64,000 nucleotides of DNA, taken from positions 50,195,825-50,259,824 of the forward strand of contig NC_068996.1 in NCBI RefSeq assembly GCF_001194135.2. The letters run 5' to 3'. The notes under the pieces were generated by a model. It was not told the DNA's origin and ran no database searches. It worked only from the letters and a program-made list of their open reading frames with translations. The DNA comes from Octopus bimaculoides. Its lineage: Eukaryota. Within the stretch, counting starts at the first letter, position 1, and every line of letters starts with the position of its first letter. The position numbers and the translations under genes were made by a program. This document shows, piece by piece, positions 63,844 through 64,000 of this stretch.

Positions 63844-64000
63844 TTAACCCTTTCGATACCAACCTGGCTCTGTAGTACAAGTAATTGAAAGAAACAGAGC
63901 ATTTCAACAGAAATATGGTAACGAAAGGGTTAAAATATATAATAGAGACTCAATTCTTAACCCTTTAGATACCAACTTGCCTGAAACCACCTCTGGCTCT
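63844..64000 (+). mobile_element. MITE family E dimer (internally deleted first unit, second unit runs off the window)
   Basis: TTAA termini at 63844, 63930 and 63957; spacer aatatataatagagactcaattc. Confidence 0.85.

Overview
Repeat-rich eukaryotic genomic DNA with six assembly gaps. The repeat families (tRNA/CORE-like SINEs, RTE LINE 3' ends with (GAT)n tails, TTAA MITEs, long TA/CA microsatellites) point to an octopus or other coleoid cephalopod; this is an inference. The window holds one apparently complete + strand gene for a chromokinesin KIF4 (kinesin-4). I assembled 26 coding exons by hand (7906-57385). All introns are GT-AG and phase-compatible, giving 3003 nt, i.e. 1000 aa plus stop. 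The protein has an intact motor (GQTGSGKT, NxxSSRSH, DLAGSE), a coiled-coil stalk, a 9-Cys CXC/CRC-type domain and a very short acidic tail. A probable non-coding first exon and a CCAAT + CDE/CHR-like promoter lie near 6300-6393. Introns and flanks are filled with SINEs, RTE, R4/Dong-like and other LINE remnants, a decayed mariner, Tc1/mariner-type and piggyBac-type MITEs, and a Penelope-like terminal fragment. The most unusual items are: a palindromic element built from head-to-head telomere-like repeats inside perfect 42-bp inverted repeats; a minimal dimer-type hammerhead-like motif; TTAA-MITEs sitting just behind splice donors; a MITE dimer with the same spacer at three loci; and a TSD-flanked LINE fragment that shares its 3' tail with a SINE. 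I found no prokaryote-type systems and no real tRNA or rRNA genes. Repeat boundaries are approximate and nothing was checked against a database.
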